Source: Nanobdellati archaeon | Lineage (GTDB): Archaea; B1Sed10-29; JAGVWA01 | NCBI GenBank assembly: GCA_018304505.1 | Contig: JAGVWA010000007.1 | Span: forward strand, 1-60,744 | Reading direction: 5' to 3' | Length of the DNA stretch: 60,744 nucleotides | Shown: piece by piece, positions 1 to 11,600 of the stretch | Position numbering within the stretch: position 1 is the stretch's first letter | Layout: each line of letters begins with the position of its first letter | Made by a program: the position numbers and the translations under genes | The notes under the pieces: generated by a model | The model's database searches: none | What the model was told of the DNA's origin: nothing | Seen by the model: the letters and a program-made list of their open reading frames with translations, nothing else

Positions 1-1
1 T

Positions 2-2170
2 GGTCTTCATTATGTTGTTTTTAATGTGACTGATGGTGCGGGTAATGAGAATTCGACAGCTGCGAGTAATATTACTATTACGGTTGATAATACGGTTCCG
101 ACGTGGGATTTGATTGATTTGATACCTATAGGGAATGCTAATGTTTCTGGGGCTACGGTGAATATTGTTGCTTTCGAAGTGTTTGATTTGAGTTTGGATA
201 ATAATAGTGCTTATTTCCGTTTGGTGAATTCGACGGGTAGTAATCTAACAGCGTGGACTCAGATGGTGAATGATAGTTTTATTGATGGTGGTGCTGATGG
301 TTTGGATGCGGTGAACTTCTCAAGTAGCTTTAATAGCACAGCATTTGATGATGGCACTTACTATATTGTCTTTAATGTGACTGATGGGGCTGGCAATGAG
401 AATGCTTCTGCAGATACCAACAGAACAATAATCATCGACAATACAAATCCGATATGGGATCTATCAGCAATCTCGCCCGTACAAGGCGCGAACATCTCAG
501 GAACACTGATGATCTCAGCATTCAATGTAATTGACATGACGCTGGATAATCAGAGTGTTTACTTCCAGCTACTTAACTCAACGGGTAGTAATGTGACTGC
601 ATGGGCATTAATGAGTAATGATAGCTTCTTTGATGGGGGGGCAGAGGGCACAGATTTGGCAAACTTCTCAGGAAGCGTGTTAACCACAGGACTGACCGAT
701 GGTCTACATTACATTGTTTTCAATGTCACGGATAACGCATCAAATGTCAATACCACAGCTGCCAGTAATGTAACCCTCACTATTGACAACTCAAAGTCAG
801 TAGTGTCTTTAACTACAGCTACGCCCTTGAATGAATTAAACTTCTCATCAACTAGCGGAAACTTATCAATAGCCGCAGTCACAATAAGCGATTTGACATT
901 GAACACCACGGGTGTTTATCTCCAAATCGCAAATAGCAGCGGTGACAATGTTACTGAATGGACTTTGATGGTTAATACTTCATACATAGACGGCGGTCCT
1001 GATGGCCTTGACTCTGCAAACTTCTCAGGTACTCTAAATGTCTCCGTACTAGCTGATGGCCGCCACTTTATAGTCTTTAATGTTACAGACTCTGCAAGCA
1101 ATGAAAATGCCACAGGCATCGCCAATATAACTATTAATCTTGACGACACGGTTCCAACATGGGATCTGACAAGCATGGCTCCGTTAACAAGTGCTAATGT
1201 TAGTGCAGTACTTACAGTGGTTAACCTTTCAATCAGTGATTTAACTCTATCCAACACGTCTGTTTACTTCCAGCTTGTCAACTCAACAGGTATTAACGTA
1301 ACAGAGTGGACCCCAATGGCGAACACCACGTATACAGACGGGGGTGATAATGGTCTTGACACTGCAAACTTCACCGGGACATTCAGCACAACTTCCCTGT
1401 CAAGAGATGGGCTACACTACATTGTTTTCAATGTGACAGATGCTGCAACAAACGCAAACACATCAGCAACATCAAACAGAACAATAACAATAGATAACAC
1501 CAACACTACCTGGACATTGCCTGCAGCGCCAGTTCAAACCGCGAACTTATCCGGCACGGTGACCGTTACAGACTTGGGAGTATCTGACTTGACGCTCGAC
1601 AACAATTCGGTTTACTTTACCATCCTAAACGCCTCAGGCAGCAATGTCACGAGCCGGATACAATTAGTTAATACAACGTCCTCTGAGGGGGGTGCTGATG
1701 GTCTTGACTTTGCAAACTTTAGTGGTAATGTTAGCGTAACGGGTGTGACTGATGGCGCCCACATTGTCGTGTTCAATGTTACAGACGGGGCTGGAAACAT
1801 CAACGCTAGTGTCTCATCAAATGTATCAATAACAATTGACAATACAAATCCATCAGTAAATGCAATTCTCACTAATGATAGCGACAACAACGTTTCTGGA
1901 TTAATAATAATAAACGCCACCGTATCTGATGTAACGTCAGGATTAAACAATATCTCATCAATCCAATACAGGGTACACAACAAAACAGGAAATGAGACCA
2001 GCTATGTAACCATGAATCATTCAGACGGAACAGCCAACCTCGCAAACTACACCGTGACAATAAATACTTCTGTATTTGCCGATGGGGTATACAACATATC
2101 AATAAACATTTCGGACTTTGCAGGCAATGAAAACTCATCAGAAATCCGAACTATGGCTATCGATAACATA
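2..2170 (+). repeat. Intragenic tandem repeats of ~350 nt (~117 aa), about six diverged copies
   Basis: DG(L/T/R/A)(H/Y)(Y/F/I)(I/V)VFNVTD motif recurs near 2, 352, 700, 1057, 1408 and 1752. Confidence 0.8.
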
Positions 2171-4675
2171 GCTCCGGCAAGCCTCGCAATAACCTTTAAC
2201 ATAAGCAATTCAACATGGGCATCAGGATTGAATTTCAATGTAACTGGAACATACGTCGAGCCATCAGCGTCACCATCCACTACTATTGTAGTAACGCAAG
2301 TTGCCACCAACACAACCTGGACATGCGACAACGCTACAGGTGTTGGAGATGAGCAAGTTAATTGCACAATATCAGAAATCGGAAACACTAACTTTGGAGG
2401 GGAATTCAGAGCAACACTAACAGTCGTATCAACAACGGGATTGACATCAACCACTAATGCCTCAATATGGGTCTTCAATGCAGACCCATTTGTGCCAATA
2501 CAACCAACAGGTGTCAATGTAACCTCGACAGCATTCGCTCAAAAGAGGTCAAAGTACCAGATAGTAGTTCCAAACATAATCCCTTCGAGCATTGCCAATA
2601 CGTCACAGGGATTACTGCAAGTTGGTCAGATAATGCCAATATACTTTGCTGACAGCTCAGGGAATGCGGTGTTCCCATTTGCATCGCCAGACGTGATTGA
2701 GAACTTAGCGTATACATTCAACTTTAGTGTTAATCATAGTGGCGTCAGTACAGGTAGCCTACTAAACTTAACAATCCAGGTGCCCGGCTTAATGCCAGCA
2801 GTGCTTCAAACGCAGACAATATACACACCGATAGGGTCGAATACTGTTACTAGAATAGCACCCAGCTTTACAAACGTGTCAAATCCTCTGGAGGGGGTTT
2901 CAACATTTACAGTGAGGTATAATGGTTCAAGTTATAATACATCAACAAATACATCACTGGTGACATACGGAAGTTATGATGTGACATCTGGTAACTTAAC
3001 AGTAACAATAAATGTTACAGACAACACAAGCATTATAAACGGCTCTGTAATATTTGTCGTAACGCCGCCAGTAAACATAACCTCTCAGTCAGTAAGTGGC
3101 ATAAACATGGCTGCCGGACCAAATCCCGGAGCAAGCGGTACGCTTACAACATACTTAATGAATATATCTTCTACAAGTACCTACTTTGCACCTGACAACC
3201 TGACAATGATGTTCGGCTTTCCGGCGAATGTCACAGTTTGGCAAGCTGCAATTGCAGCCTCATCCAACACTACATACAACATAACATCTAACCCCGTGCT
3301 CACTGCATGGAACGGCTCAGAGTATGCTGTATTGGCAAATAGTTCATTCCAGGACTCAAACATTACAAATGTCACCAACTGCTTTAACATGACATTCAGC
3401 ATATCAAACTCTGCTATTGGCACAAAGAACCTTACCGTCTGTATGACTGGCTATGAATGGAAGATCGGTCAGTCAAGCTTGCTTGACTTCACAGCAGGTG
3501 CAGCAAGGGCAGTGAACTTCACCGCAAACATAAGTTTCCCGCAATTAGCAGAATCAGCAGCAACAACCAATGATGCAGATACCACAAGAACATATAAGAC
3601 AACACTAGTAATGGGTTCAGATGGTGCGCTAACAATACCCGACTCAAGTCTCCCCGGATGGAGCTCCAAAAACGCCATTGCAGCAGTAATCGTTAATGGG
3701 CAAACATTATCTAGCACGCAATATGCAGATGGTTCTGTAGTAATTAATGGAACAGGCCTGAATGCTGGTCCTGTTGAAGTGTTTGTACAATGGACGAGGA
3801 CATCAAATGAAACCGTATCCTCTTCAGGGGGTGCAGCAGCTACCCCAACGCCGAAAACAGTAGGCGGCGCCACTGTAGAAGTGAGCGTAACAGCAGGCAT
3901 GCAACCAGCGAAAGCAGGGGCAACGACGACCGTTGATATCCCTGCATCAATATCTGAAAAGCTCGGTGTAGAAAAAATTGAAATCAAGGCAAAGAACGAC
4001 ATCCCTGCAGGGGCAACGATAGAAGTGCAAAAGATTTCAGACAAGCCAGCAACAATAGCCATCGCACCGCCAGCAGCAGCAGTCGGCGGCGGTCCAGTAT
4101 ATGCATACCTCGAAATAACGACAAGTGGCTTTACAACTGACGATGTTGAAGAGGCAACGATCGACTTCAAGGTTGCAAAGTCATGGTTAGAAGAAAATGG
4201 ATTTACGCCAGCGGACATCGCCCTGAATAGGTTCCACGGGGACGTGTGGAGCGAACTACCTACCGAGGTAATCGAAGGCAATGGGGAATTCGTGTGGTTC
4301 TCTGCAGTCTCGCCAGGCTTCTCAACCTTCGCAGTCCTGCCAAAGATCTCAGCAGTCGGAGTCACAGAAGAAGAAGCCGCAGCAGCACAACCAACGCCAA
4401 CACCAGCACCAACGCCAGCACCGGCTCCAGTGGTTGAAGAGCCAGTAATGGAGGAAGAGATACCAGCGCCAGGATTCGCTCCAGAAGCAGAAGAAGTCGC
4501 GCCGGCACAAGTTGACTACACGCTCATCGGAATCATCGCAGCAATAATCATCCTGGGTGCACTACTGTACTTCTTCAGCGCTCCAAGGGGAGAAAAACCA
4601 CATGGGGTAAGCGCAAAAGTGAAACACGCAGTAGGCAAGATTACTGGAAAAAGAAAAGGCTTTGAGCAACTCTAA
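2..4675 (+). CDS. Large cell-surface glycoprotein with ~117-aa tandem Ig-like repeats, PGF-pre-PGF domain and C-terminal TM anchor (5' partial)
   Basis: Frame open from window start (GLHYVVFNVT). Repeated DG.HYIVFNVTD..N motif, abundant N-x-S/T sequons, 'FSAVSPGFSTFAV' motif, Pro/Glu linker and hydrophobic C-terminal helix. Confidence 0.85.
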   Translation, partial: GLHYVVFNVTDGAGNENSTAASNITITVDNTVPTWDLIDLIPIGNANVSGATVNIVAFEVFDLSLDNNSAYFRLVNSTGSNLTAWTQMVNDSFIDGGADGLDAVNFSSSFNSTAFDDGTYYIVFNVTDGAGNENASADTNRTIIIDNTNPIWDLSAISPVQGANISGTLMISAFNVIDMTLDNQSVYFQLLNSTGSNVTAWALMSNDSFFDGGAEGTDLANFSGSVLTTGLTDGLHYIVFNVTDNASNVNTTAASNVTLTIDNSKSVVSLTTATPLNELNFSSTSGNLSIAAVTISDLTLNTTGVYLQIANSSGDNVTEWTLMVNTSYIDGGPDGLDSANFSGTLNVSVLADGRHFIVFNVTDSASNENATGIANITINLDDTVPTWDLTSMAPLTSANVSAVLTVVNLSISDLTLSNTSVYFQLVNSTGINVTEWTPMANTTYTDGGDNGLDTANFTGTFSTTSLSRDGLHYIVFNVTDAATNANTSATSNRTITIDNTNTTWTLPAAPVQTANLSGTVTVTDLGVSDLTLDNNSVYFTILNASGSNVTSRIQLVNTTSSEGGADGLDFANFSGNVSVTGVTDGAHIVVFNVTDGAGNINASVSSNVSITIDNTNPSVNAILTNDSDNNVSGLIIINATVSDVTSGLNNISSIQYRVHNKTGNETSYVTMNHSDGTANLANYTVTINTSVFADGVYNISINISDFAGNENSSEIRTMAIDNIAPASLAITFNISNSTWASGLNFNVTGTYVEPSASPSTTIVVTQVATNTTWTCDNATGVGDEQVNCTISEIGNTNFGGEFRATLTVVSTTGLTSTTNASIWVFNADPFVPIQPTGVNVTSTAFAQKRSKYQIVVPNIIPSSIANTSQGLLQVGQIMPIYFADSSGNAVFPFASPDVIENLAYTFNFSVNHSGVSTGSLLNLTIQVPGLMPAVLQTQTIYTPIGSNTVTRIAPSFTNVSNPLEGVSTFTVRYNGSSYNTSTNTSLVTYGSYDVTSGNLTVTINVTDNTSIINGSVIFVVTPPVNITSQSVSGINMAAGPNPGASGTLTTYLMNISSTSTYFAPDNLTMMFGFPANVTVWQAAIAASSNTTYNITSNPVLTAWNGSEYAVLANSSFQDSNITNVTNCFNMTFSISNSAIGTKNLTVCMTGYEWKIGQSSLLDFTAGAARAVNFTANISFPQLAESAATTNDADTTRTYKTTLVMGSDGALTIPDSSLPGWSSKNAIAAVIVNGQTLSSTQYADGSVVINGTGLNAGPVEVFVQWTRTSNETVSSSGGAAATPTPKTVGGATVEVSVTAGMQPAKAGATTTVDIPASISEKLGVEKIEIKAKNDIPAGATIEVQKISDKPATIAIAPPAAAVGGGPVYAYLEITTSGFTTDDVEEATIDFKVAKSWLEENGFTPADIALNRFHGDVWSELPTEVIEGNGEFVWFSAVSPGFSTFAVLPKISAVGVTEEEAAAAQPTPTPAPTPAPAPVVEEPVMEEEIPAPGFAPEAEEVAPAQVDYTLIGIIAAIIILGALLYFFSAPRGEKPHGVSAKVKHAVGKITGKRKGFEQL

Positions 4676-4721
4676 AAACCCACTTTGAGGGGGGGCTCTA
4701 AAAACCCAAAATCAAGTAAAA

Positions 4722-4758
4722 GCGAACGGCCACGCGCCGTTCACGCAACTCTTTTTTT
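4722..4758 (+). terminator. Hairpin plus T-tract between convergent genes
   Basis: gaacggc-cacgc-gccgttc stem followed by ctcttttttt. Confidence 0.5.
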
Positions 4759-4812
4759 CGTTAGCTAGTTAGAAGTTAAATAGTTAGAAAAAGGAAATGC
4801 TTTGTAGAAAAG

Positions 4813-5775
4813 CTATTTCTTTCCCGCTAAAACAAGGTAAGCGAGCAGCGAATCCAGTTGAATGCGCTCATTAGCGCCCTCTGTCAGCCTGAAATTGTAC
4901 TCGCCAATGCGGTCGATGATCTCGATCTTTTTCCGCTCGTCCAATTTATCGCTAGCAGAAACGCTCTTGTAAACCTGCAAGATCACTTCCTCCCCAGACA
5001 TGGCGTACTCGAACAGCAGCGCGTCCAAGTTCTTCCTGGCGTCCTCGAAGTTCCCCGACAATGCAAGCTCCACGAGTTGTTCGATTTCTTTAGGCCGCGC
5101 ACGTGCAGCGGTCTTGTAAACCACGTCCTCAGTGATGTTGTCAGTAGTCGCGGCGCTCGTCTGCAGGAAATTAATCGATTTTCTCATGTCTCCCTCACTC
5201 GCGTAAACCAAGGCAGCATAGGCCATCTTGTCCACGTTCAGCTTCTCTGCCGTCGCAATGTGTCCCAAAAAGTCAACTATCTCCTTCTCTGGCAGCGGCT
5301 TAAATCTGAAAACAGCGCACCGCGACTGGATTGGCTCAATTAATTTTGATGAATAATTCGCACTCATAATAAAACGGCATGTGCCCGTGAATTTCTCCAT
5401 GGTCCTGCGCAACGCGTTTTGCGCGTCCCGGGTCAACGCGTCAGACTCATCTAGGAAAATAATCTTGAACTTGTAATCCCCATAGGGCATGATGCTAGCG
5501 AAATCCTTTATCCTAGTTCGGACAACGTCAATACCTCGCTCGTCAGAAGCATTGAGTTCGAGAAAATTCTGGTTGAAATTCTCGCCAAAAAGATCTCGCG
5601 CAAGCGCCAAACTGCTAGCCGTCTTGCCTGTGCCAGCTGGGCCGGCGAAAATGAGGTGCGGCATGCTCTTTTTATTTACGTAGGCTTTCAGCCTCTCGAT
5701 AATTTCCTTGTGCCCGCGCAGCTCGCCCAAGGTCCTTGGCCTGTACTTTTCAGTCCACGGTAATTCAATGTCCAT
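4813..5775 (-). CDS. rfcS: Replication factor C small subunit
   Basis: PWTEKYRP, Walker A GPAGTGKT, LELNASDERG, DESD, SRC motifs. Start reassigned to MDIELPW at 5775 because the upstream extension overlaps the ybjQ-like gene. Confidence 0.95.
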   Translation of the reverse strand: MDIELPWTEKYRPRTLGELRGHKEIIERLKAYVNKKSMPHLIFAGPAGTGKTASSLALARDLFGENFNQNFLELNASDERGIDVVRTRIKDFASIMPYGDYKFKIIFLDESDALTRDAQNALRRTMEKFTGTCRFIMSANYSSKLIEPIQSRCAVFRFKPLPEKEIVDFLGHIATAEKLNVDKMAYAALVYASEGDMRKSINFLQTSAATTDNITEDVVYKTAARARPKEIEQLVELALSGNFEDARKNLDALLFEYAMSGEEVILQVYKSVSASDKLDERKKIEIIDRIGEYNFRLTEGANERIQLDSLLAYLVLAGKK

Positions 5776-5869
5776 CAGAAATCCCCAGGGACTATTATGA
5801 GCGATGGTGTTTTTAAAGCGTTGTGTTTTTATACATGTACTGATTTCACTATAGCAGGGTGTATAAAGC

Positions 5870-6229
5870 ATGGCAAAACCAAGAAAAGGGATAATAATCA
5901 GCACAACGGATTCGATTCCAGGATACGAAATCAATGAAATCAAGGGCATTGTTTCAGGCACTTCAGTCAGGGCGCGCTTTTTCGGCAAGGACCTTATAGC
6001 GATTGGCAGGGTCCTGATAGGCGGCGAAATTCCCGAGTACGCGAACATGATCAGGGACGCGCGCAAGGACGTCGTACTTAGGGCAATGGCAAACGCGCAG
6101 GTCCTAGGTGCAGATGCGATATTGGGATTGCGAATGGAAAGCACAGCGCAGATAGTTCCTGGCACGGTCGAGCTGTTTGGAAAGCCGCTGCAAGCAAGGG
6201 CGCCCGCACCCAAGAAGAGAAAAAGGTAA
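5870..6229 (+). CDS. YbjQ/UPF0145 family protein
   Basis: ISTTDSIPGYEI..GIV.G, GGEIPEY, A..LGADAILG pattern. Confidence 0.85.
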   Translation: MAKPRKGIIISTTDSIPGYEINEIKGIVSGTSVRARFFGKDLIAIGRVLIGGEIPEYANMIRDARKDVVLRAMANAQVLGADAILGLRMESTAQIVPGTVELFGKPLQARAPAPKKRKR

Positions 6230-6279
6230 AGTAATAAAAAGCCCATTGCACAGAATAAATCATATAGGGCGATTAGAAC

Positions 6280-6594
6280 ATGGCAGAATTCTCAGGATTA
6301 CTCATCTTAATAGGCGCAGGGTTCTTGGGCTACGTTTTCTCAGACCTGCTGAAGGAACTCGGCTTGGGAGAGACAAAGGCGTACTCATTCGGAACAGTGC
6401 TTGGCCTTGGCGTGCTCGCATTTCTGGCGTATTGGTGGCAACCCTTTTTCATTTTCGGCAGAATCCAGGCAGTGCCATTAAGTGGATTCTATGGCACGGA
6501 TTATTTCAACTTCACGATCGCGCTGATGATGGGAAACGGAGCCCGATTGGTCGAACGCTTAATAAGGTTCAAGAAAACCCCAAAGCTCTACTAA
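6280..6594 (+). CDS. Small membrane protein, unknown function
   Basis: Three hydrophobic segments, co-oriented with neighbours. Confidence 0.6.
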   Translation: MAEFSGLLILIGAGFLGYVFSDLLKELGLGETKAYSFGTVLGLGVLAFLAYWWQPFFIFGRIQAVPLSGFYGTDYFNFTIALMMGNGARLVERLIRFKKTPKLY

Positions 6595-6609
6595 CTAAGT
6601 TGACTTTTT

Positions 6610-7848
6610 ATGAAAATTTTCATAGACAGCTATGGCTGCTCAAGCAACATGGCCGACGGGCAGTTCATCAAGAAGCAAATCCGGCAGCAGCAGGAACATG
6701 AATTAACACCCCTCTGCGATGCAGAAACCGTTATACTGAACACATGCGCAGTAAAAAATGCGACAGAGTCCAAGATGCTGCACAGAATCAGAACATACAA
6801 GGCCATGAACAAGCGCGTCATTGTAACAGGCTGCCTGCCTAAGGTAAATGGCAAGGTTCTCGAAAAACACAACGTGCAGCAAGTCGACACCAACTCAATA
6901 AACAAAATAAACAGCGCAATCAGTGACGGTGCAAACTACTTCTCTGGCAAGCCATTCGACAAAACAAAAAGTGGATTCCTGCTCGACGAAACGAACGTCG
7001 CAATTATCCCGATAAGCGAAGGCTGCCTCAATCGCTGTACATTCTGCGGCACAAAAAACGCGCGTGGCAATCTGTACAGCTACAGCGAAGAAAACATAAT
7101 CGCTGCAATGCAAAACGCGATACAGCAAGGCAAAACAGAAATCTACCTTACGAGCCAAGACTCTGGATGCTACGGTTTTGACAAGAAGACCAGCTTACCG
7201 CAACTGGTTTCAAAACTAATCCAGATTCCAGGGGACTACAAGATACGTATTGGGATGATGAATCCGCATCACGCAGTCAAAATCATTGACCCCCTACTTG
7301 AAGTGATGAAATCAGACAAGGTGTACAAGTTCATCCATGTGCCAGTGCAATCTGGATCTGACCGCGTGCTGATGGAAATGCTTCGCGGGCACTCGACAAA
7401 CGAGTTCTATGAAGTTGTTGAGAAGGCGAGAAAAGCGTTTCCTGAAATAACGATCGCGACAGACATAATTGTAGGGTATCCCACAGAGGCCGATGCTGAT
7501 TTCCAAGACACCGTTGGGCTAATTAAGCGAGTCAAGCCGGCTGTGATGAACCTCTCCAAGTTTTATCCGCGCCCCAACACAGCCGCGTCAAGACTCAAAA
7601 TGCATTCCACCCAGGTGCTCGCAGAGAGGTCAAAAACCATCACACGAGCCTTCAGGGAAATCCGACAAGATGAAAACAACATGGAGATCGGGGCAGAATT
7701 CGTAGTGGCTTGCAATGGCGAAAAAACCCGCCTGGGCAACTACAGGCAGGTCTTTCTAGAAAAACCAGCATACGGAAACCACACAATCAAAATAGTAGCT
7801 GCTGGTCCGCTGCACCTAAGAGCACAAGTAATCGAGACCTATATATAA
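6610..7848 (+). CDS. mtaB: tRNA methylthiotransferase, MiaB-like (archaeal MtaB, t6A37)
   Basis: N-terminal YGCSSN..D and LNTCAV; radical SAM CLNRCTFC; HVPVQSGSD; TDIIVGYPTE. Confidence 0.88.
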   Translation: MKIFIDSYGCSSNMADGQFIKKQIRQQQEHELTPLCDAETVILNTCAVKNATESKMLHRIRTYKAMNKRVIVTGCLPKVNGKVLEKHNVQQVDTNSINKINSAISDGANYFSGKPFDKTKSGFLLDETNVAIIPISEGCLNRCTFCGTKNARGNLYSYSEENIIAAMQNAIQQGKTEIYLTSQDSGCYGFDKKTSLPQLVSKLIQIPGDYKIRIGMMNPHHAVKIIDPLLEVMKSDKVYKFIHVPVQSGSDRVLMEMLRGHSTNEFYEVVEKARKAFPEITIATDIIVGYPTEADADFQDTVGLIKRVKPAVMNLSKFYPRPNTAASRLKMHSTQVLAERSKTITRAFREIRQDENNMEIGAEFVVACNGEKTRLGNYRQVFLEKPAYGNHTIKIVAAGPLHLRAQVIETYI

Positions 7849-7867
7849 ATACAAGTAAAGGGATAAT

Positions 7868-8608
7868 ATGGCTATGGAGAGCATTTTCCAAAAAACCAAT
7901 GAAACGTACATTGATTCCTTCAGGCTCGTCTTGGGATTCAGCGTTTTCGTCATTCTTTCATCACTAATGCTGCCCCTGCTTTCCAGCTATATCAACGGCG
8001 GCGCCGGCCTAGTCAGGTACTCAAGTTTATTTTTTGACATGACGCTCGAGCAGGCAGTTGTATTCGTTTTTATTGGCTTGCTCTCGACGCTGTTCCTGTC
8101 AATTTTCATTACTGCCATCGTCAGCATCGTCAAGTTAAAGGAAACAGCAGACGAAGTTTTGTTTGAGAAGGTCGTCGATTTGTTCCCAAAGTACGTGGCC
8201 AGGGTTTTCCTGCTGCTCTTGCTTATGATGGTTCTCACGGTAGTCATCGGCTCAATATTCGATTTCCTGTCATTGCCAACATACCTATCGCAGATCCTCT
8301 TCCTTGTCATGTTTTTGCCGTTCATGTTCGCGCCGCAAGTCGTGGTGTTGGAGCATCTAAGAACCCTGCCGGCGATAACCGACGCCATAAACTTCATAAC
8401 GATAGCCCCAAAGGCCACCATGGAGCTGCTTGCCCTCGGAACAATTTCGCTTTTTGCCCTGACCTTCATTGAAGTTATATTGTCAAGCATATTCCTGTAC
8501 GAGCACAAGCTCATATCAATAATTTTATTGTCTGTACTTGTTCTGCCGTACCTGATTATGTACGCAACGCAGTTGTACATACGCAGATATCCGTTGGCGA
8601 AAACTTAA
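7868..8608 (+). CDS. Multi-pass membrane protein
   Basis: About six hydrophobic helices. Confidence 0.7.
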   Translation: MAMESIFQKTNETYIDSFRLVLGFSVFVILSSLMLPLLSSYINGGAGLVRYSSLFFDMTLEQAVVFVFIGLLSTLFLSIFITAIVSIVKLKETADEVLFEKVVDLFPKYVARVFLLLLLMMVLTVVIGSIFDFLSLPTYLSQILFLVMFLPFMFAPQVVVLEHLRTLPAITDAINFITIAPKATMELLALGTISLFALTFIEVILSSIFLYEHKLISIILLSVLVLPYLIMYATQLYIRRYPLAKT

Positions 8609-8641
8609 AGCTTTTTATATAACAAATAACGTGAAACAACA

Positions 8642-11600
8642 ATGCAATTGATAATAGCAGAGAAACCAATAGCTGCAAAGAGAATAGCAGACCTGCTAGG
8701 CGAAAACAAGCAAGTTGATAAAAACAAAGTCCCCTGCTACGAATTGTCAGACTCAATTGTGGTGCCGCTAAAAGGGCACGTCCTAAACGTTGACTTTCCA
8801 AAAGAGTATAACAACTGGCAGAATACGGAACTAGAGAAACTTATTGATGCCGAGCTGGTGTATGAGCCAACGCACAATGCCATCGTAAAAACAGTTTCTG
8901 ATTATGCAAAAAAAGCGGATTCCCTGGTTATAGCAACAGACTACGACCGCGAGGGCGAATCGATAGGCAACGAAGCAGTCAACATAGCAAAAAACGTAAA
9001 CAACTCCATCCAAGTAAAACGGGCCAAATTCTCTGCCCTCACAAAGCAGGAAATAGATGACGCATTCTCCAAACTATCAGAGTTCGACCACAACCTCGCG
9101 GACTCAGCAGACGCCCGACGTGAAATTGATCTTATATGGGGCGCGGCGCTTTCGCGATATATCTCAATAACATCGGGCCGACTTGGGAAAAACTTCCTCT
9201 CTGTCGGTAGGGTGCAGACCCCAACGTTGGCCATGTGTAATGAACGCGAAAAGGAAATCAAGAACTTCAAGCCCGAGCCGTACAGCGAAGTCATCCTTGG
9301 CTGTGAAAAAAACAGCAAGCCATTCACGGCAATTTACAAGGAAGAAAAATTGTTCGACAAACAAAAAGCGCAAGAGCTCATGAAACTAAAAGCAGATACA
9401 GCAATCGTCAAAGAAATCAAAGAAGCCACAATAACAAATCACGCGCCAACACCGTTTAACACCACTGAATTTTTGAGGGCAGCAAGCAACATCGGCATAT
9501 TGCCATCAAGGGCCCTGTCTATAGCCGAGTCGTTGTACATGCAGGGCTACATGTCATATCCCCGAACAGATAACACCCATTATCCGGAATCGCTAGACTT
9601 AACCGGCATACTAGACAAAATCGCTACTATAAAGCAGTTCCAGTATCTTGTTGAAAAGATCAAAAAGGAAAATCCGAAACTTGTGGCAACAAAAGGAAAG
9701 AAAAAAGCAACAGACCATCCGCCAATTCATCCGGTAGAAGCTGCAAAGCAGGAAAAGCTAGATCCGGCAGACTGGAAGATCTATGAGCTTGTCGTCAGGC
9801 GATTCCTATCAACGTTCGCAAAGGACGCAGAAACCAAAACCACAAAGGTCACGCTGGACTACGCGAACGAAGAATTCATAGCGCGCGGTAAAGAGACCGC
9901 AAAACTTGGTTGGCGCGAGTTCTATCCATACTCGAAAATCGAGGAAGTGAAACTGCCTGGATTAGAAAAGGGGGATGTCATCAAAGCATCTGGGCTGGAA
10001 AAAACAGAGAAAGAAACCAAGCCAAAACCGAGGTACACGCCTGCAAACCTAATCAAGATAATGGACGACGAAGGGTTAGGGACGAAATGCCTATCAGAAG
10101 ATGCTAAAATAATTATCCTAGGGGCAAATGGAGAGGAATTACGGGGGATAGGGGATGTTTTCAATTTTTCTCAGGACATATTAGTTGACTCTGGCCTAGA
10201 ACTTGCACTTAATGCGGGCGTCAGATGTAAGTCAAAAAAAGGGGATAAAATAGAGCCAGCAGACTTTGCATTTATCTCTAGGCGGCCATTGCAGGATAGT
10301 GAACAGATGCTGAGGGTAGTCTTCTCAGATGGAACCTGCTTATCATCAACAAAAGATCACCCCTTTTGTATCTATGATGGTGGAAATATTCTCTACAAAG
10401 AGCTATCACAATTAGGGCAAGGATCTAAAGTAGTTTCATCGATCAAGATGCCCCTGATTTCTACTGAAAAGATAGCTTTAGAGATAGGTGACATTAAGCT
10501 GGAGGATAAGGTCTATGTTAGCGGATGTATTTCCAATAGAGTTAAGGACTTAAGGGAAAAACAAAAACTAAGCCAGCATGCTTTTGCAGCAATGCATGGC
10601 ATGGATCAATCAAGTGTCAGTAATCTTGAAAATGGCTATGGGAAAATGAATGTGGTAACAGCCAAGAGACTAGGAATTGATTTCAGTGAAGTCACAGATT
10701 TAAACGGAAGATTTGTACTAAAAGATATTTTTCCTATGTACTATGATTCTCGCTTAGTCCGAATACTTGCACAACTCAAGGGGGATGGTTCACTTGATGA
10801 GGAAAAACTAAGGAAAGAAAATTGTTATGATGTAAGATATCACAACACTGACTTGAATCTGTTGAACCAGTTTGTTCAAGATGTGTGTGATTTGTTTGGC
10901 ATAAATCTGAAAATCATTAATTTGGGGCGCAAACATCCGCACCACAAAACAAGATATTACATCAAAGTGCCTGCTCTTTTAGGAAGATTGCTTTACAAGA
11001 TAACAGACAAAGGAATTCTTAATGAAATCCCTCCTTCGTTGTATGTTTACTATATCGGGGGAATGTTTGATGATGAGGGGTGGGCAGGCATATCAGAATC
11101 TAAGTTGTTCATATCAAACACGGACCATGGGCTGCTCAGAGATTTACAAATAATGCTAGCGACATTAGGAATTAAATCCTCAATAGACCTTAAGCAGCAC
11201 AAGCTGCATGTTAGATCAAGGAAAGATTTAATGAGGTTTCTTCGCCAAGTGCCATTCATAAAAGTAGCCAAAAAACAAAGATTGTCGACTGTATTAAATG
11301 AAAAATATAATTACTCAAAAAACAAGTCAGTGAACATGGTATTGAAACAGGTCCTATCATTTATTTCATTAAAAGGAGAAGCGACAGCAAGAGAAATTGC
11401 AGATGAATTAAAAATATCTAGGGTCACATCCATCAAAAAAATAAATGAGCTCTTATCAGAGGGTTTAATTTCTAAAAAGGTTTATGGTAATAACAAAGAT
11501 GTCCAGAGGGTAATTAAGTATGCTTGTAATGAAAATAATGGAAACATATACTCACTAATTGGAGAAACAATAATAACCCCTGATCTGGCCACAAAGACAA

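Noticed and set aside
5776-6246. N-terminal extension of the RFC ORF in the track
   Set aside because: Antisense to the ybjQ-like gene; RFC homology starts at MDIELPWTEKYRP
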